This document shows positions 13,030-27,260 of a DNA stretch of 64,000 nt, piece by piece. The position numbers were made by a program, and so were the translations under genes. This stretch comes from Macrostomum lignano (taxonomy: Eukaryota): the NCBI GenBank assembly GCA_002269645.1, contig NIVC01000349.1, positions 62,001-126,000 of the forward strand, in the 5' to 3' direction. Every line of letters starts with the position of its first letter. Within the stretch, counting starts at the first letter, position 1. Under the pieces are notes generated by a model that saw nothing but the letters and a program-made list of their open reading frames with translations, was not told where the DNA came from and made no database searches.

Positions 13030-16000
13030 GGCTACGTGTGCATAGTACTGTATTCTCAAATAGTTTTCGATACATATCGGTAGGAAGCTAATTAAGCTAC
13101 GTGTGTATAGTACTGTATTCTCAAATAGTTTTCGATACATATCGGTAGGGAGCAAATTAGGCTATGTGTATGTGTGTATATTACTGTATTTTTTAATAGT
13201 TTTCGACACACATCGGTAGGGAGCTAATTAAGCTACGTGTGTAAAGTACTGTATTCTCTAATACTCGTACTTTTCGATACATATCGGTAGATAGCTAAGC
13301 TACGTGTATAGTAGTGTATTCTCTATTAGTTTTCGATACATATCGGTAGATAGCTAAGCTACGTGTATAGTAGTGTATTCTCTAATAGTTTTCGATGCAT
13401 ATCGGTAGATAGCTAAGCTACGTGTATAGTAGTGTATTCTCTAATAGTTTTCGATGCATATCGGTAGATAGCTAAGCTACGTGTATAGTAGTGTATTCTC
13501 TATTAGTTTTCGATGCATATCGGTAGGGAGCTAAGCTACGTGTATAGTAGTGTATTCTCTAATAGTTTTCGATGCATATCGGTAGATAGCTAAGCTACGT
13601 GTATAGTAGTGTATTCTCTAATAGTTTTCGATGCATATCGGTAGATAGCTAAGCTACGTGTATAGTAGTGTATTCTCTAATAGTTTTCGATGCATATCGG
13701 TAGATAGCTAAGCTACGTGTATAGTAGTGTATTCTCTAATAGTTTTCGATGCATATCGGTAGGGATCTAAGCTACGTGTATAGTAGTGTATTCTCTAATA
13801 GTTTTCGATGCATATCGGTAGATAGCTAAGCTACGTGTATAGTAGTGTATTCTCTAATAGTTTTCGATGCATATCGGTAGATAGCTAAGCTACGTGTATA
13901 GTAGTGTATTCTCTAATAGTTTTCGATGCATATCGGTAGGGATCTAAGCTACGTGTATAGTACTGTATTCTCTATTAGTTTTCGATACATATCGGTAGAT
14001 AGCTAAGCTACGTGTATAGTAGTGTATTCTCTATTAGTTTTCGATGCATATCGGTAGGGATCTAAGCTACGTGTATAGTAGTGTATTCTCTAATAGTTTT
14101 CGATGCATATCGGTAGGGATCTAAGCTACGTGTATAGTAGTGTATTCTCTATTAGTTTTCGATGCATATCGGTAGGGAGCTAAGCTACGTGTATAGTAGT
14201 GTATTCTCTAATAGTTTTCGATGCATATCGGTAGATAGCTAAGCTACGTGTATAGTAGTGTATTCTCTATTAGTTTTCGATACATATCGGTAGATAGCTA
14301 AGCTACGTGTATAGTAGTGTATTCTCTATTAGTTTTCGATGCATATCGGTAGATAGCTAAGCTACGTGTATAGTAGTGTATTCTCTATTAGTTTTCGATG
14401 CATATCGGTAGGGATCTAAGCTACGTGTATAGTAGTGTATTCTCTATTAGTTTTCGATACATATCGGTAGATAGCTAAGCTACGTGTATAGTAGTGTATT
14501 CTCTAATAGTTTTCGATGCATATCGGTAGATAGCTAAGCTACGTGTATAGTAGTGTATTCTCTATTAGTTTTCGATACATATCGGTAGATAGCTAAGCTA
14601 CGTGTATAGTAGTGTATTCTCTATTAGTTTTCGATGCATATCGGTAGGGATCTAAGCTACGTGTATAGTAGTGTATTCTCTATTAGTTTTCGATGCATAT
14701 CGGTAGGGATCTAAGCTACGTGTATAGTACTGTATTCTCTATTAGTTTTCGATGCATATCGGTAGGGATCTAAGCTACGTGTATAGTACTGTATTCTCTA
14801 TTAGTTTTCGATGCATATCGGTAGGGATCTAAGCTACGTGTATAGTACTGTATTCTCTATTAGTTTTCGATGCATATCGGTAGGGATCTAAGCTACGTGT
14901 ATAGTAGTGTATTCTCTAATAGTTTTCGATGCATATCGGTAGATAGCTAAGCTACGTGTATAGTAGTGTATTCTCTATTAGTTTTCGATGCATATCGGTA
15001 GGGATCTAAGCTACGTGTATAGTAGTGTATTCTCTATTAGTTTTCGATACATATCGGTAGATAGCTAAGCTACGTGTATAGTAGTGTATTCTCTATTAGT
15101 TTTCGATGCATATCGGTAGATAGCTAAGCTACGTGTATAGTAGTGTATTCTCTATTAGTTTTCGATGCATATCGGTAGGGAGCTAAGCTACGTGTATAGT
15201 AGTGTATTCTCTATTAGTTTTCGATGCATATCGGTAGATAGCTAAGCTACGTGTATAGTACTGTATTCTCTAATAGTTGTCGATACATATCGGTAGGGAT
15301 CTAAGCTACGTGTATAGTAGTGTATTCTCTAATAGTTTTCGATGCATATCGGTAGATAGCTAAGCTACGTGTATAGTAGTGTATTCTCTATTAGTTTTCG
15401 ATGCATATCGGTAGGGATCTAAGCTACGTGTATAGTAGTGTATTCTCTAATAGTTTTCGATGCATATCGGTAGGGATCTAAGCTACGTGTATAGTAGTGT
15501 ATTCTCTATTAGTTTTCGATGCATATCGGTAGATAGCTAAGCTACGTGTATAGTAGTGTATTCTCTAATAGTTTTCGATGCATATCGGTAGGGATCTAAG
15601 CTACGTGTATAGTACTGTATTCTCTAATAGTTTTCGATGCATATCGGTAGATAGCTAAGCTACGTGTATAGTAGTGTATTCTCTATTAGTTTTCGATGCA
15701 TATCGGTAGGGAGCTAAGCTACGTGTATAGTAGTGTATTCTCTATTAGTTTTCGATGCATATCGGTAGATAGCTAAGCTACGTGTATAGTACTGTATTCT
15801 CTAATAGTTGTCGATACATATCGGTAGGGATCTAAGCTACGTGTATAGTAGTGTATTCTCTAATAGTTTTCGATGCATATCGGTAGGGAGCTAAGCTACG
15901 TGTATAGTACTGTATTCTCTAATAGTTGTCGATACATATCGGTAGACAGCTGATTAGGCTACGTGTGTATAGTACTGTATTCTCTAATTGTTTTCGATAC

Positions 16001-16130
16001 ATATCGGTAGACAGCTGATTAGGCTACGTGTGTATAGTACTGTATTCTCTAATTGTTTTCGATACATATCGTTAGGGAGCTAAGCTACGTGTGCATAGTA
16101 CTGTATTCTCTAATTGTTTTCGATACATAT
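13030..16130. repeat. 59-bp tandem array (AAGCTACGTGTATAGTAGTGTATTCTCTAATAGTTTTCGATGCATATCGGTAGATAGCT), ~50 copies
   Basis: Directly visible. Confidence 0.95.
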
Positions 16131-16847
16131 CGCTGATCCAATAAGCCACACATTTTCCAAAATTCTGCTATTAAGTCAGCCCAAAAGCCTCAATCTTTGT
16201 TAAAGAAACATCTTCGAAATTCGGTTTTAAGCAGACTTTGGCTCAACCTGCCTGAATAATTCACTCTAATGCCCCCCCCCCCCCAGCGGGATTATTGATC
16301 AGAGTCCACACCGAAACTGCTTTTCCCCAAAGCTCGGATTGTAAATCATCTGCTTTCTATAAATACTTTTCTCTCTCTCTCTCCGCCTCATAATTTATGA
16401 ATTGGTCCTTTGCCTCTCCTTACTCGCCTGTTTTGGCTTATAACGAATGCTCGTCTCAGTTCGACTGTTGTGGGATTAACAGATTAGCGTGGATGGCTTA
16501 ACTTGCATGCCATCCTAAAAGGTCTCATAAGTACTCATACACACATGGCTCACGCAGGGTGTACATTGGCTTAGCATATGTGGTGCGACTGTCTCATAGT
16601 ATGAAATGTACTTTTCACTTTTAATTACACCAGTTTCTGTCTGAAATCTGTGCTGCATGTTGACTGGAGTCAATATGCCTATCAGTCTTGAGTAGTACAT
16701 TCTGACCGGATTTGCTAAGTCATTCGTATCGGGTAGCGTAAACAGATTACCGATAATAAATCTCCTTTTATTTGGCTTGCATTCGATCGGCTCCTGAGTG
16801 GGAAACTTGGGAAACTGTACTTTCTACAATAGCTCTGCATATACTGT

Positions 16848-16851
<4 letters not shown>

Positions 16852-16893
<42 letters not shown>

Positions 16894-16916
16894 GTCTATC
16901 TGTATATCTGTCTGTG

Positions 16917-16951
<35 letters not shown>

Positions 16952-16956
16952 ATGTA

Positions 16957-16995
<39 letters not shown>

Positions 16996-17000
16996 ATGTA

Positions 17001-17043
<43 letters not shown>

Positions 17044-17064
17044 ATGTATGTCTGTCTGTCTGTC

Positions 17065-17139
<75 letters not shown>

Positions 17140-17166
17140 TAGTGTCTGTCTGTCTGTCTGTCTTAG

Positions 17167-17249
<83 letters not shown>

Positions 17250-17275
17250 GTCTGTCTGTCTGTCTGTCTGTCTGT
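16852..17275. repeat. (CTGT)n microsatellite
   Basis: Directly visible. Confidence 0.95.
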
Positions 17276-17969
17276 ATATCTCGCAACAGTATTTTTAGAA
17301 CTCCCATACCCTCCGCGCTCAGAGTCGAAGCCCCTCATCTCTGTCCCCCCAACCCAGTGGTTCAGCGCCTCGAAGTGCCGCAAAACTACCAACCAACCAA
17401 CCAGCCAAAACCCCGCTGTCCTTAATCCCGTCTCTTCTACCCTGTCGCGCGTTCATTTCAGTGAGCTGTTCGTTCTCTCAGAGCTCTTGAAGGAGCCGAG
17501 AGGAGGGGCAGTCCTTGTCTCAAATCGGTCGCTGTCCCAGCCTCTCTTGTCTCCTCAGTCATGCGTAACACAGACTGCATGCTTTCACTGTCAGAAATCT
17601 GCTCCTCTCTCAGACCCGAGCCGCTCTCAGATCGCTGAGATGGGCGATTTCGCTTCTGCACTCTGCCCCCCCCCCTCTCTGGCTTTTGTCGGTGTTGTAA
17701 ATCGCCTCGTTGAAGAGGAATTGGATCGATGAACTGAGAGAGACAGAGAGAGAGAGATAGAAGGACAGGGGAAAGTTGATGAGTGCTGAATTGCTAAACA
17801 TTTTGATGTGTCTGTCTGTCTGTCTGTATGTTAATTGCTTGAAGATATTGCCAACATAAATTGGCCCATTTCTGCTTTTGAATTTCTCCTATTTTTATTG
17901 TACCGCATTTTTATAGTCTGTTTAAGGAGCTTGTTAGTCACTATATGTGTCTAAAAGCTACTATTCGCG

Positions 17970-19175
17970 TCTGTAAGCCTGTATTAGTGCCTGTAAGCCT
18001 GTATTAGTGTCTATAAGCCTGTATCAGCGTCTGTAGGCCAGTATTAGTGTCTGTAAGCCTGTATTAGTGCCTGTAAGCCTGTATTAGTGTCTGTAAGCCT
18101 GTATTCGTGTCTGTAAGCCTGTATCAGCGTCTGTAGGCCAGTATTAGTGTCTGTAAGCCTGTATTAGTGTCTGTAAGCTTGTATTAGTGTCTGTAAGCCT
18201 GTATCAGCGTCTGTAAGCCAGTATTAGTGTCTGTAAGCCAGTATTAGTATCTGTAGGCCTGTATTAGTGTCTGTAAGCCTGTATTAGTGTCTGTAAGCCT
18301 GTATTAGTGTCTGTAAGCCTGTATTAGTGTCTGTAAGCCTGTATTAGTGTCTGTAAGCCTGTATTCGTGTCTGTAAGCCTGTATCAGCGTCTGTAGGCCA
18401 GTATTAGTGTCTGTAAGCCTGTATTAGTGTCTGTAAGCTTGTATTAGTGTCTGTAAGCCTGTATCAGCGTCTGTAAGCCAGTATTAGTGTCTGTAAGCCA
18501 GTATTAGTGTCTGTAGGCCTGTATTAGTGTCTGTAAGCCTGTATTAGTGTCTGTAAGCCTGTATTAGTGTCTGTAAGCCTGTATTAGTGTCTGTAAGCCT
18601 GTATTAGTGTCTGTAAGCCTGTATTCGTGCCTGTAAGCCAGTATTAGTGTCTGTAAGCCTGTATTAGTGTCTGTATCAGCGTCTGTAAACCTGTATTAGT
18701 GCCTGTAAGCCAGTATTAGTGCCTGTAAGCCAGTATTAGTGCCTGTAAGCCAGTATTAGTGTCTGTAAGCCTGTATTAGTGTCTATAAGCCTGTATTAGT
18801 GTCTATAAGCCTGTATTAGTGTCTATAAGCCTGTATTAGTGTCTATAAGCCTGTATTAGTGTCTGTAAGCCTGTATTAGTGTCTGTAAGCCTGTATTAGT
18901 GTCTCTAAGCCTGTATTCGTGTCTGTAAGCCTGTATCAGCGTCTGTAGGCCTGTATTAGTGTCTGTAAGCCTGTATTAGTGTCTGTAAGCCTGTATTAGT
19001 GTCTGTAAGCCTGTATTAGTGCCTGTAAGCCTGTATTAGTGTCTGTAAGCCTGTATTAGTGTCTGTAAGCCTGTATTAGTGCCTGTAAGCCAGTATTAGT
19101 GTCTGTAAGCCTGTATTAGTGCCTGTAAGCCTGTATTAGTGTCTGTAAGCCTGTATTAGAGTCTGTAAGCCTGTA
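17970..19175. repeat. 20-bp minisatellite (GTCTGTAAGCCTGTATTAGT), ~60 copies
   Basis: Directly visible. Confidence 0.95.
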
Positions 19176-19312
19176 AACTCTGTAAGTCAGTATGCAGCCC
19201 TATATTCATATACCATACCGAATGCATATCACCGCACTCACCCTGCAGTCCCAGTTGCAGCTGATAAGCTAAAAGTACAAAAACCCATCTCTCCTCCCCA
19301 ATCCTCTCGCAG

Positions 19313-20253
19313 AGGCCCTGGCTCGCCAGAAGCAGATGTACGAAGGCCTGTTGAAAAACTTCAGCAATATTTTATCGCCAGCCACGCCAAGCTACTGCCC
19401 GCCTATGATGCTGATGTCTCACGATGGCGCCAGCAGTTTCAGTTTGAGCAGCAGCGGTGCCGGTGGCTGTGAGCAGGGCAGCTCAGACGGTCCGGAAGGG
19501 CAGCAGCTCAAGGCGCAGCAGTTGAACCTCAGCCGGCTGAAGGAGCAGCTGGCCCGAGCGAACGCTCTGGTGCGCGAGGCGAACTTCCTGTCAGCCGAGC
19601 TGGGCGCCGGCGTGGAGTACAGCGTCACCCTGCAGATCCCGGCGCACAACCTGATCCGGCGTCACATCGCCACGGAGCCGGCCATTCAGCTGACTGCAGC
19701 TGGCAGCGATGAAGACGCAGACAGTCCGGGACCTGTGCTGGCCACCTGGAGTCTGGACAAGTTCGAGAATCGCCTGGTTGACATGCGCGAGTCTTACCAC
19801 GAATTCACTGCCGGCTCCACTGATTCTGTGTCGGCGTTCCGCGACCACCACGAACAGCACGACCTGATCGGGGTGGCGCACGCCTTTCTGTCGCCCCTGT
19901 TTTACGACGCTCCGCTTGACTACAATGTGCCGGTGATCAACACCCAGGGCGAGATTGCCGGCAAACTGCACGTCAGGCTGGCGAAAGTCTCTGGCAGATT
20001 CGAACCCGGGCAGCAGGTCACGCTGAAGGTGTGCATTCGCAGCGCCAAGGCTCTGCCGAAAGAGTTGTCGCACTTTGTGTACGTGCAGTACCAGCTCTGG
20101 GGCATGTCGGCTCCGCAGGTGGTGCCTCCCGTCACTGCCGACTGCGGCGACCCGCCGCCTGACCTCATCGCCTTCGACCACGAGGCCCAGTTCGACATCT
20201 TTGTTAATGACGAGTTCCTAGAGTTTGCTGCGGATGGCTCCCTGGCTGTGCAG
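19313..20253 (+). CDS. KIF13: KIF13-like exon: coiled coil, stalk and C2-like region
   Basis: [11 protein letters not shown]...[18 protein letters not shown]...[17 protein letters not shown]...[11 protein letters not shown]...[13 protein letters not shown]...LSHFVYVQY...[14 protein letters not shown]. Phase 1/0. Confidence 0.9.
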
Positions 20254-20267
20254 GTTGGACTGCTGCC

Positions 20268-20271
20268 TGTG

Positions 20272-20316
<45 letters not shown>

Positions 20317-20319
20317 TTG

Positions 20320-20380
<61 letters not shown>

Positions 20381-20383
20381 TTG

Positions 20384-20436
<53 letters not shown>

Positions 20437-20459
20437 TTGTGTCTGTCTGTCTGTCTGTG

Positions 20460-20502
<43 letters not shown>

Positions 20503-20511
20503 GTGTCTGTG

Positions 20512-20576
<65 letters not shown>

Positions 20577-20687
20577 GGTCTGTCTGTCTGTGTGTCTGTC
20601 TGTGTCTGTATGTCTGTCTGTCTGTCTGTCTGTCTGTCGTCTGTCTGTCTGTCTGTCTGTCTCTGTCTGTCTGTGTGTCTGTCTGTG

Positions 20688-20736
<49 letters not shown>

Positions 20737-20808
20737 GACTGTCTGTCTGTCTGTCTGTCGTCTGTCTGTCTGTCTGTCTCTGTCTGTCTGTGTGTCTGTC
20801 TGTCTGTG

Positions 20809-20841
<33 letters not shown>

Positions 20842-20923
20842 GACTGTCTGTCTGTCTGTCTGTGTCTGTCTGTCTGACTGTCTGTCTGTCTGTCTGTGTC
20901 TGTCTGTGTGTCTGTCTGTCTGT
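20268..20923. repeat. (GTCT)n microsatellite filling almost the whole 700-bp intron
   Basis: Directly visible. Confidence 0.95.
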
Positions 20924-20953
20924 CCCATGCACAGCAGTCCCAATGCCCCCCAG

Positions 20954-21149
20954 GTGTACGGCAACCGCAGCAACGGCGCGGAGGTCCGGGGCGAGCGCAT
21001 CGGGGACAACTGGTCCGAGTACTGCCGCCGCCTGGAGATGTGGCTGTGCATCCAGGAGCTGAGCGAGAACGGGCAGTACCTGCCTGTGGAGATCCAGCAC
21101 CCCACGCAGAGGGACCGGCAGGGCAGGGAGAAGGACGTCATCCCCACGG
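20954..21149 (+). CDS. KIF13: KIF13-like exon: stalk
   Basis: VYGNRS...[28 protein letters not shown]...KDVIPTG. Phase 0/1, donor GTCAGT at 21150. Confidence 0.88.
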
Positions 21150-21916
21150 GTCAGTGGCGCTTGCGGGCGGGAATTCCGGGTAGAGAAATTCTTCATAGAG
21201 AAATCGCCTTTACAAACGTCGCTGCTTGGAAAAATTGTCTGTTAAATGCCTCGAAAGATCTAAGATTGTTGCCACTGAAAACCCCGGCTTTGTTGCAATC
21301 TCCTCTAAGAAAATCTCACCTGAGAAAATCGCCCTTGAGAAAATCTCTTTTCAGGAAATCACCCTAAGAAAATCTCTTCTAAGGAAATCACCCTAAGAAA
21401 ATCTCTTCTCAGAAAATCACCCTAAGAAAATCTCACCTGAGAATAACTCACCTGAGAAAATCGCCCCTGAGAAAATCGCCCCTCAGAATAAGCTTCTCCA
21501 AATCAGGCACTGAAAACATGAAACGCCGGAGCCCAAAGGAATGCTGACATCACATTAGATGAGCTGCCAGTGTTCCAAACTGGCGTTTCTCAGATTGTGG
21601 TGACATGCGTTTCTCAGATTTTCTTTGTGACACCGGAATCAGCGAACTCGCTTATCTGTGGGTTGAAAGGTTATTTTAAACTGCCTTTATTTGGGCAAAC
21701 AGGCTGGTCTTGTGGTGACTCTCTTATCTCTGTCTGTACATTTGACTGCACTGCATTCTGCTGTGTCACCTGTGTCTCCTGATCTCAATCCTGATCACCT
21801 GATCTCACTCTGTTTCTGAACAACCCGCTCTCATGCTCACTGTGCTCAATGCCACTTCATTTTATGCGCTTTTTACATGTAGTTAGTTCCTGTGTTTCAT
21901 GCGGTGCAGGCAGCTC

Positions 21917-22831
21917 CCAGCTGTCTCCTCTCCCCTCTCAGCTGTCTCCTCTCCCCTCTCAGCTGTCTCCTCTCCCCTCTCAGCTGTCTCCTCTCACCTC
22001 TCAGCTGTCTCCTCTCCCCTCTCAGCTGTCTCCTCTCCCCTCTCAGCTGTCTCCTCTCACCTCTCAGCTGTCTCCTCTCCCCTCTCAGCTGTCTCCTCTC
22101 CCCTCTCAGCTGTCTCCTCTCCCCTCTCAGCTGTCTCCTCTCCCCTCTCAGCTGTCTGATCTCCCCTCTCAGCTGTCTGCTCTCCCCTCTCAGCTGTCTG
22201 CTCTCCCCTCTCAGCTGTCTGCTCTCCCCTCTCAGCTGTCTGCTCTCCCCTCTCAGCTGTCTGCTCTCCCCTCTCAGCTGTCTGCTCTCCCCTCTCAGCT
22301 GTCTGCTCTCACCTCTCAGCTGTCTCCTCTCACTTCTCACAATAAAATTTATCTGAGTTTAAATTTAGGATATTTCTATCAAGCGAGTGCCAAGGTGACA
22401 CCTGGGGTCTGTTAACTAGCTGAGCCACCCTGCTTGGCTCATGGCAGCTGTAGAGACACTTGTCAGAAGCTTAGCTTCTGGCTGATGGGCGGAAAAACAG
22501 GCACTGATAGACAGACCCATCAGGCAGGTCCCATCACACAGACCCCATCACCCAGACCCCATCACAGACCCCATCACACAGACCCCATCACCCAGACCCC
22601 ATCACACAGACCCCATCACACAGACCCCATCACACAGACCCCATCAGCCAGACCCCATCAGACAAACCGCATCAGACAGGTCCCATCAGACAGACCCCAT
22701 CAGCCACCCCATCACGCCGCCGCCCTTCAAACGTACCCCATCGCGCCCTTCAAACGTACCCCATCGCGCCCTTCAAACGTACCCCATCGCGCCCTTCAAA
22801 CGTACCCCATCGCGCCCTTCAAACGTACCCC
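21917..22831. repeat. Three intronic arrays: 21-bp (CAGCTGTCTCCTCTCCCCTCT), 14-bp (CAGACCCCATCACA), 23-bp (GCCCTTCAAACGTACCCCATCGC)
   Basis: Directly visible; the last array ends at the acceptor. Confidence 0.9.
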
Positions 22832-22833
22832 AG

Positions 22834-23621
22834 GCGGAGTGTACCGCCTCAAGCACGGCCAGTCCCGCCGGCTGCTTATCCGAGTTCGTCCCGTCAGCGG
22901 TCCGGAGTCGGGCAGCCTGCCGGTGATCTGCGAGCGCATCACGGACGTGTCGGTGGGCTGCATTGTGCGCCGGGACCGCAGCATGCAGAGAGGCCTCGAC
23001 AGCTACCAGGAAGAGGACCTGACCCGCCTCAGGGACAAATGGAGAGAGGCCGTCTCCAGGCGTCAGGGACATCTGCAGTCTCAGTTGAGCCTCATCACCT
23101 CCAAGCCGGTGAAGACCGCGGCAGATGAGGCCAGGGAGCGGTCGCTGATGGAGCAGTGGAGCAGAATGACGGTGGAGAAGGAGGCTGTGCTGGTGCCCAG
23201 GCCGCACTCCTGTGTGCCCGGAGCTCCAGCTGACTGGGACCCCCCGCTGGGCATGGAGGAGCACATCCCGGTGCTGTTCTTGGATCTGCAGCCTGACCAT
23301 CACCAGCGGCTTGAGCTGCCGCCAGCAGGTGTGAACTCGCAGCTGCCCAAAGAGCACAACAGCGAGTTTGTGCAAGTCCCCATCATGCGGAGTCTGGACA
23401 AAGACTGCTGCGTCATCTGCCAGTGGGACGCTTCACTGCACGACTCGATCTATTTGAATCGGATCACGGGAAATAACGAGCTCATCTACCTGATTGTGCG
23501 GGCCAGGGTTCGAATCTCGCACCCGGCTCCAATGGATATTGTGCTGAGGAAGCGGGCGTGCGTTTCGGTGTACAAGTCAAAGGGCATCAGAAGTGCCCTG
23601 TTTGGCTACATGAGAGCCTAT
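22834..23621 (+). CDS. KIF13: KIF13-like exon: conserved kinesin-3 stalk domain
   Basis: GGVYRLKHGQSRR...DSYQEEDLTRLRDKW...VPGAPADWDPPLGMEEHIPVLFLDL...WDASLHDSIYLNR...SHPAPMDIVLRKR. Phase 1/0, donor GTGAGT at 23622. Confidence 0.92.
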
Positions 23622-23769
23622 GTGAGTCCGGCCTCTGCCGATCCGATCCGCGTGAGTCGATGTTGTCACCTCCCGTCTGCACCTCTATGCTTGCTTTTGC
23701 ACTGCTGCTTTTTGCTGCTTTTAGTGGCATTGTTGTGGGGTTGCTGGATTCACCTGTACGGGAATTGAA

Positions 23770-25950
23770 GACTGACAGGCAGATTATACAGACTGACAGA
23801 CAGATTCTACAGACTGACAGGCAGATTATACAGACTGACAGACAGATTTTACAGACTTACAGACAGATTCTACAGACTGACAGGCAGATTACACAGACTG
23901 ACAGGTGATTTTACAGACTGACAGGCGGATTATACAGACTGACAGACAGATTCTACAGACTGACAGGCAGATTATAAAGACTGACAGACAGATTCTACAG
24001 ACTGACAGGTGATTATACAGACTGACAGGTGATTTTACAGACTGACAGGCAGATTATACAGACTGACAGATAGATTTTACAGACTGACAGACAGATTCTA
24101 CAGACTGACAGGCAGGTTATAAAAACTGACAGACAGATTCTACAGACTGACAGGCAGATTATACAGACTGACAGACAGATTCTACAGACTGACAGGCAGA
24201 TTATACAGACTGACAGACAGATTTTACAGACTTACAGACAGATTCTACAGACTGACAGGCAGATTACACAGACTGACAGGTGATTTTACAGACTGACAGG
24301 CGGATTATACAGACTGACAGACAGATTCTACAGACTGACAGGCAGATTATAAAGACTGACAGACAGATTCTACAGACTGACAGGTGATTATACAGACTGA
24401 CAGGTGATTTTACAGACTGACAGGCAGATTATACAGACTGACAGATAGATTTTACAGACTGACAGACAGATTCTACAGACTGACAGGCAGGTTATAAAAA
24501 CTGACAGACAGATTCTACAGACTGACAGGCAGATTATACAGACTGACAGGTTATTTTACAGACTGACAGGTGATTTTACAGACTGACAGGCAGATTTACG
24601 GACTGACAGGTAGATTATACAGGCTGACAGGCAGATAGATAGATTGTACAGACTGACAGCCAGATTTTACAGACTGACAGGCAGATAATACAGACTGACA
24701 GGCAGATTATACAGACTGACAGGCAGATTATAAAGACTGACAGACAGATTCTACAGACTGACAGGTGATTATACAGACTGACAGGTGATTTTACAGACTG
24801 ACAGGCAGATTATACAGACTGACAGATAGATTTTACAGACTGACAGACAGATTCTACAGACTGACAGGCAGGTTATAAAGACTGACAGACAGATTCTACA
24901 GACTGACAGGCAGATTATACAGACTGACAGGTTATTTTACAGACTGACAGGTGATTTTACAGACTGACAGGCAGATTTACGGACTGACAGGTAGATTATA
25001 CAGGCTGACAGGCAGATAGATAGATTGTACAGACTGGCAGCCAGATTTTACAGACTGACAGGCAGATAATACAGACTGACAGGCAGATTATACAGACTGA
25101 CAGGCAGATTATACAGACTGACAGGTTATTTTACAGACTGACAGGTGATTTTACAGACTGACAGGCAAATTTACGGACTTACAGGTAGATTATACAGGCT
25201 GACAGGCAGATAGATAGATTGTACAGACTTACAGCCAGATTTTACAGACTGACAGGCAGATAATACAGACTAACAGGCAAATTTTACAGACTGACAGGCA
25301 AATTTTACAGACTGACAGCCAGATTATACAGACTGACAGGCAGATTATACAGACTGACAGGCAGATTATACAGACTGACAGGCTGATTATACAGACTGAC
25401 AGGCAGATTATACAGACTGACAGGCTGATTATACAGGCTGACAGGCTATTTTACAGACTGACAGGCAGATAGATAGATTGTACAGACTGACAGCCAGATT
25501 ATACAGACTGACAGGCAGATTACACAGACTAACAGGCAGATTATACAGACTGACAGGCAGATTACACAGACTGACAGGCAGATTACACAGACTGACAGGC
25601 AGATTATACAGACTTACAGGCAAATTTTACAGACTGACAGCCAGATTATACAGACTGACAGGCAGATTACACAGACTGACAGGCAGATTATACAGACTTA
25701 CAGGCAAATTTTACAGACTGACAGCCAGATTATACAGACTGACAGGCAGAATATACAGACTAACAGGCAGATTTTACAGACTGACAGGCAGATTACACAG
25801 ACTGACAGGCAGATTATACAGACTGACAGGCAGATTATACAGACTAACAGGCAGATTTTACAGACTGACAGTTAGAATATACAGACTTACAGGTGCTGTG
25901 CTGACCACTTGGTGTAAAACAGGCTGACAGGTAAGGCATACAGACTGACA
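23770..25950. repeat. 21-bp minisatellite (CAGACTGACAGGCAGATTATA), ~100 copies
   Basis: Directly visible. Confidence 0.95.
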
Positions 25951-26447
25951 GGTGAGTGTGAAACAGACTAACTCCAATTCTAAGAAAGACAGGATGCAGA
26001 TTAAAGAATCATCAAAAGTTTGTTCAGTGCGTCTTTTTGAAAATTGGTTTAAAACGGGAGATTTCAATCAAGAATGCGCTGCCCAGACTCGATGAGTTTG
26101 GTTGGGAAGATGAAGCCATTTTATATTCTCGTCACTGACAGCAACTGGTAGGTGGCATTCAGTTCACTTTTTTAAACTCATTATATCCAATTTAAACCCT
26201 AATAACCTTTGTACTTCTTGAAATCTAGTTTAGATAGTAATTTTTTTTTGTTTTGCTTTTTGCACGCCTTTATTAGTCTACTTTTAGCGGCAGTTTTAGT
26301 AAATTGCTGCTATTTTTCTTGCATGAACCTGTCATTGTTTAGCTGAAGTGAGTCTCTTACCTTAGTTGTTGTGTTGATGTTGTCAACTTTATTTTTGTGT
26401 ATTCTAAAGTGCATGAAGCTCTTTGTTTGAAGGGATTTGAAGACTGA

Positions 26448-27234
26448 CTGTGCTGGGATCTGAGGACGGGCTGAGCTGGGATCTGAGGACTGGCTGAGCT
26501 GGGATCTGAGGACTGGCTGAGCTGGGATCTGAGGACTGGCTAAGCTGGGATCTGAGGACTGGCTGAGCTGGGATCTGAGGACGGGCTGAGCTGGGATCTG
26601 AGGACTGGCTGAGCTGGGATCTGAGGACTGGCTAAGCTGGGATCTGAGGACTGGCTGAGCTGGGATCTGAGGACTGTCTGAGCTGGGATCTGAGGACTGT
26701 CTGAGCTGGGATCTGAGGACTGGCTAAGCTGGGATCTGAGGACGGGCTGAGCTGGGATCTGAGGACTGGCTGAGCTGGGATCTGAGGACTTGGGATCTGA
26801 GGACTGGCTGGGCTGGGATCTGAGGACATGGCTGAGCTGGGATCTGAGGACGGGCTGAGCTGGGATCTGAGGACTGGCTAAGCTGGGATCTGAGGACTGG
26901 CTGAGCTGGGATCTGAGGACGGGCTGAGCTGGGATCTGAGGACTGTCTGAGCTGGGATCTGAGGACTGGCTAAGCTGGGATCTGAGGACTGGCTGAGCTG
27001 GGATCTGAGGACTGTCTGAGCTGGGATCTGAGGACTGTCTGAGCTGGGATCTGAGGACTGGCTAAGCTGGGATCTGAGGACGGGCTGAGCTGGGATCTGA
27101 GGACTGGCTGAGCTGGGATCTGAGGACTGGCTGAGCTGGGATCTGAGGACTTGGGATCTGAGGACTGGCTGGGCTGGGATCTGAGGACATGGCTGAGCTG
27201 GGATCTGAGGACGGGCTGAGCTGGGATCTGAGGA
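26448..27234. repeat. 23-bp minisatellite (GCTGGGATCTGAGGACTGGCTGA)
   Basis: Directly visible. Confidence 0.95.
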
Positions 27235-27260
27235 CGCAACCGGTCCCATCATGTCCCCAG

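Noticed and set aside
8585-16130. Regular 42- and 59-bp repeats as CRISPR-like arrays
   Set aside because: Head-to-tail units without unique spacers, eukaryotic intron context, no cas genes.
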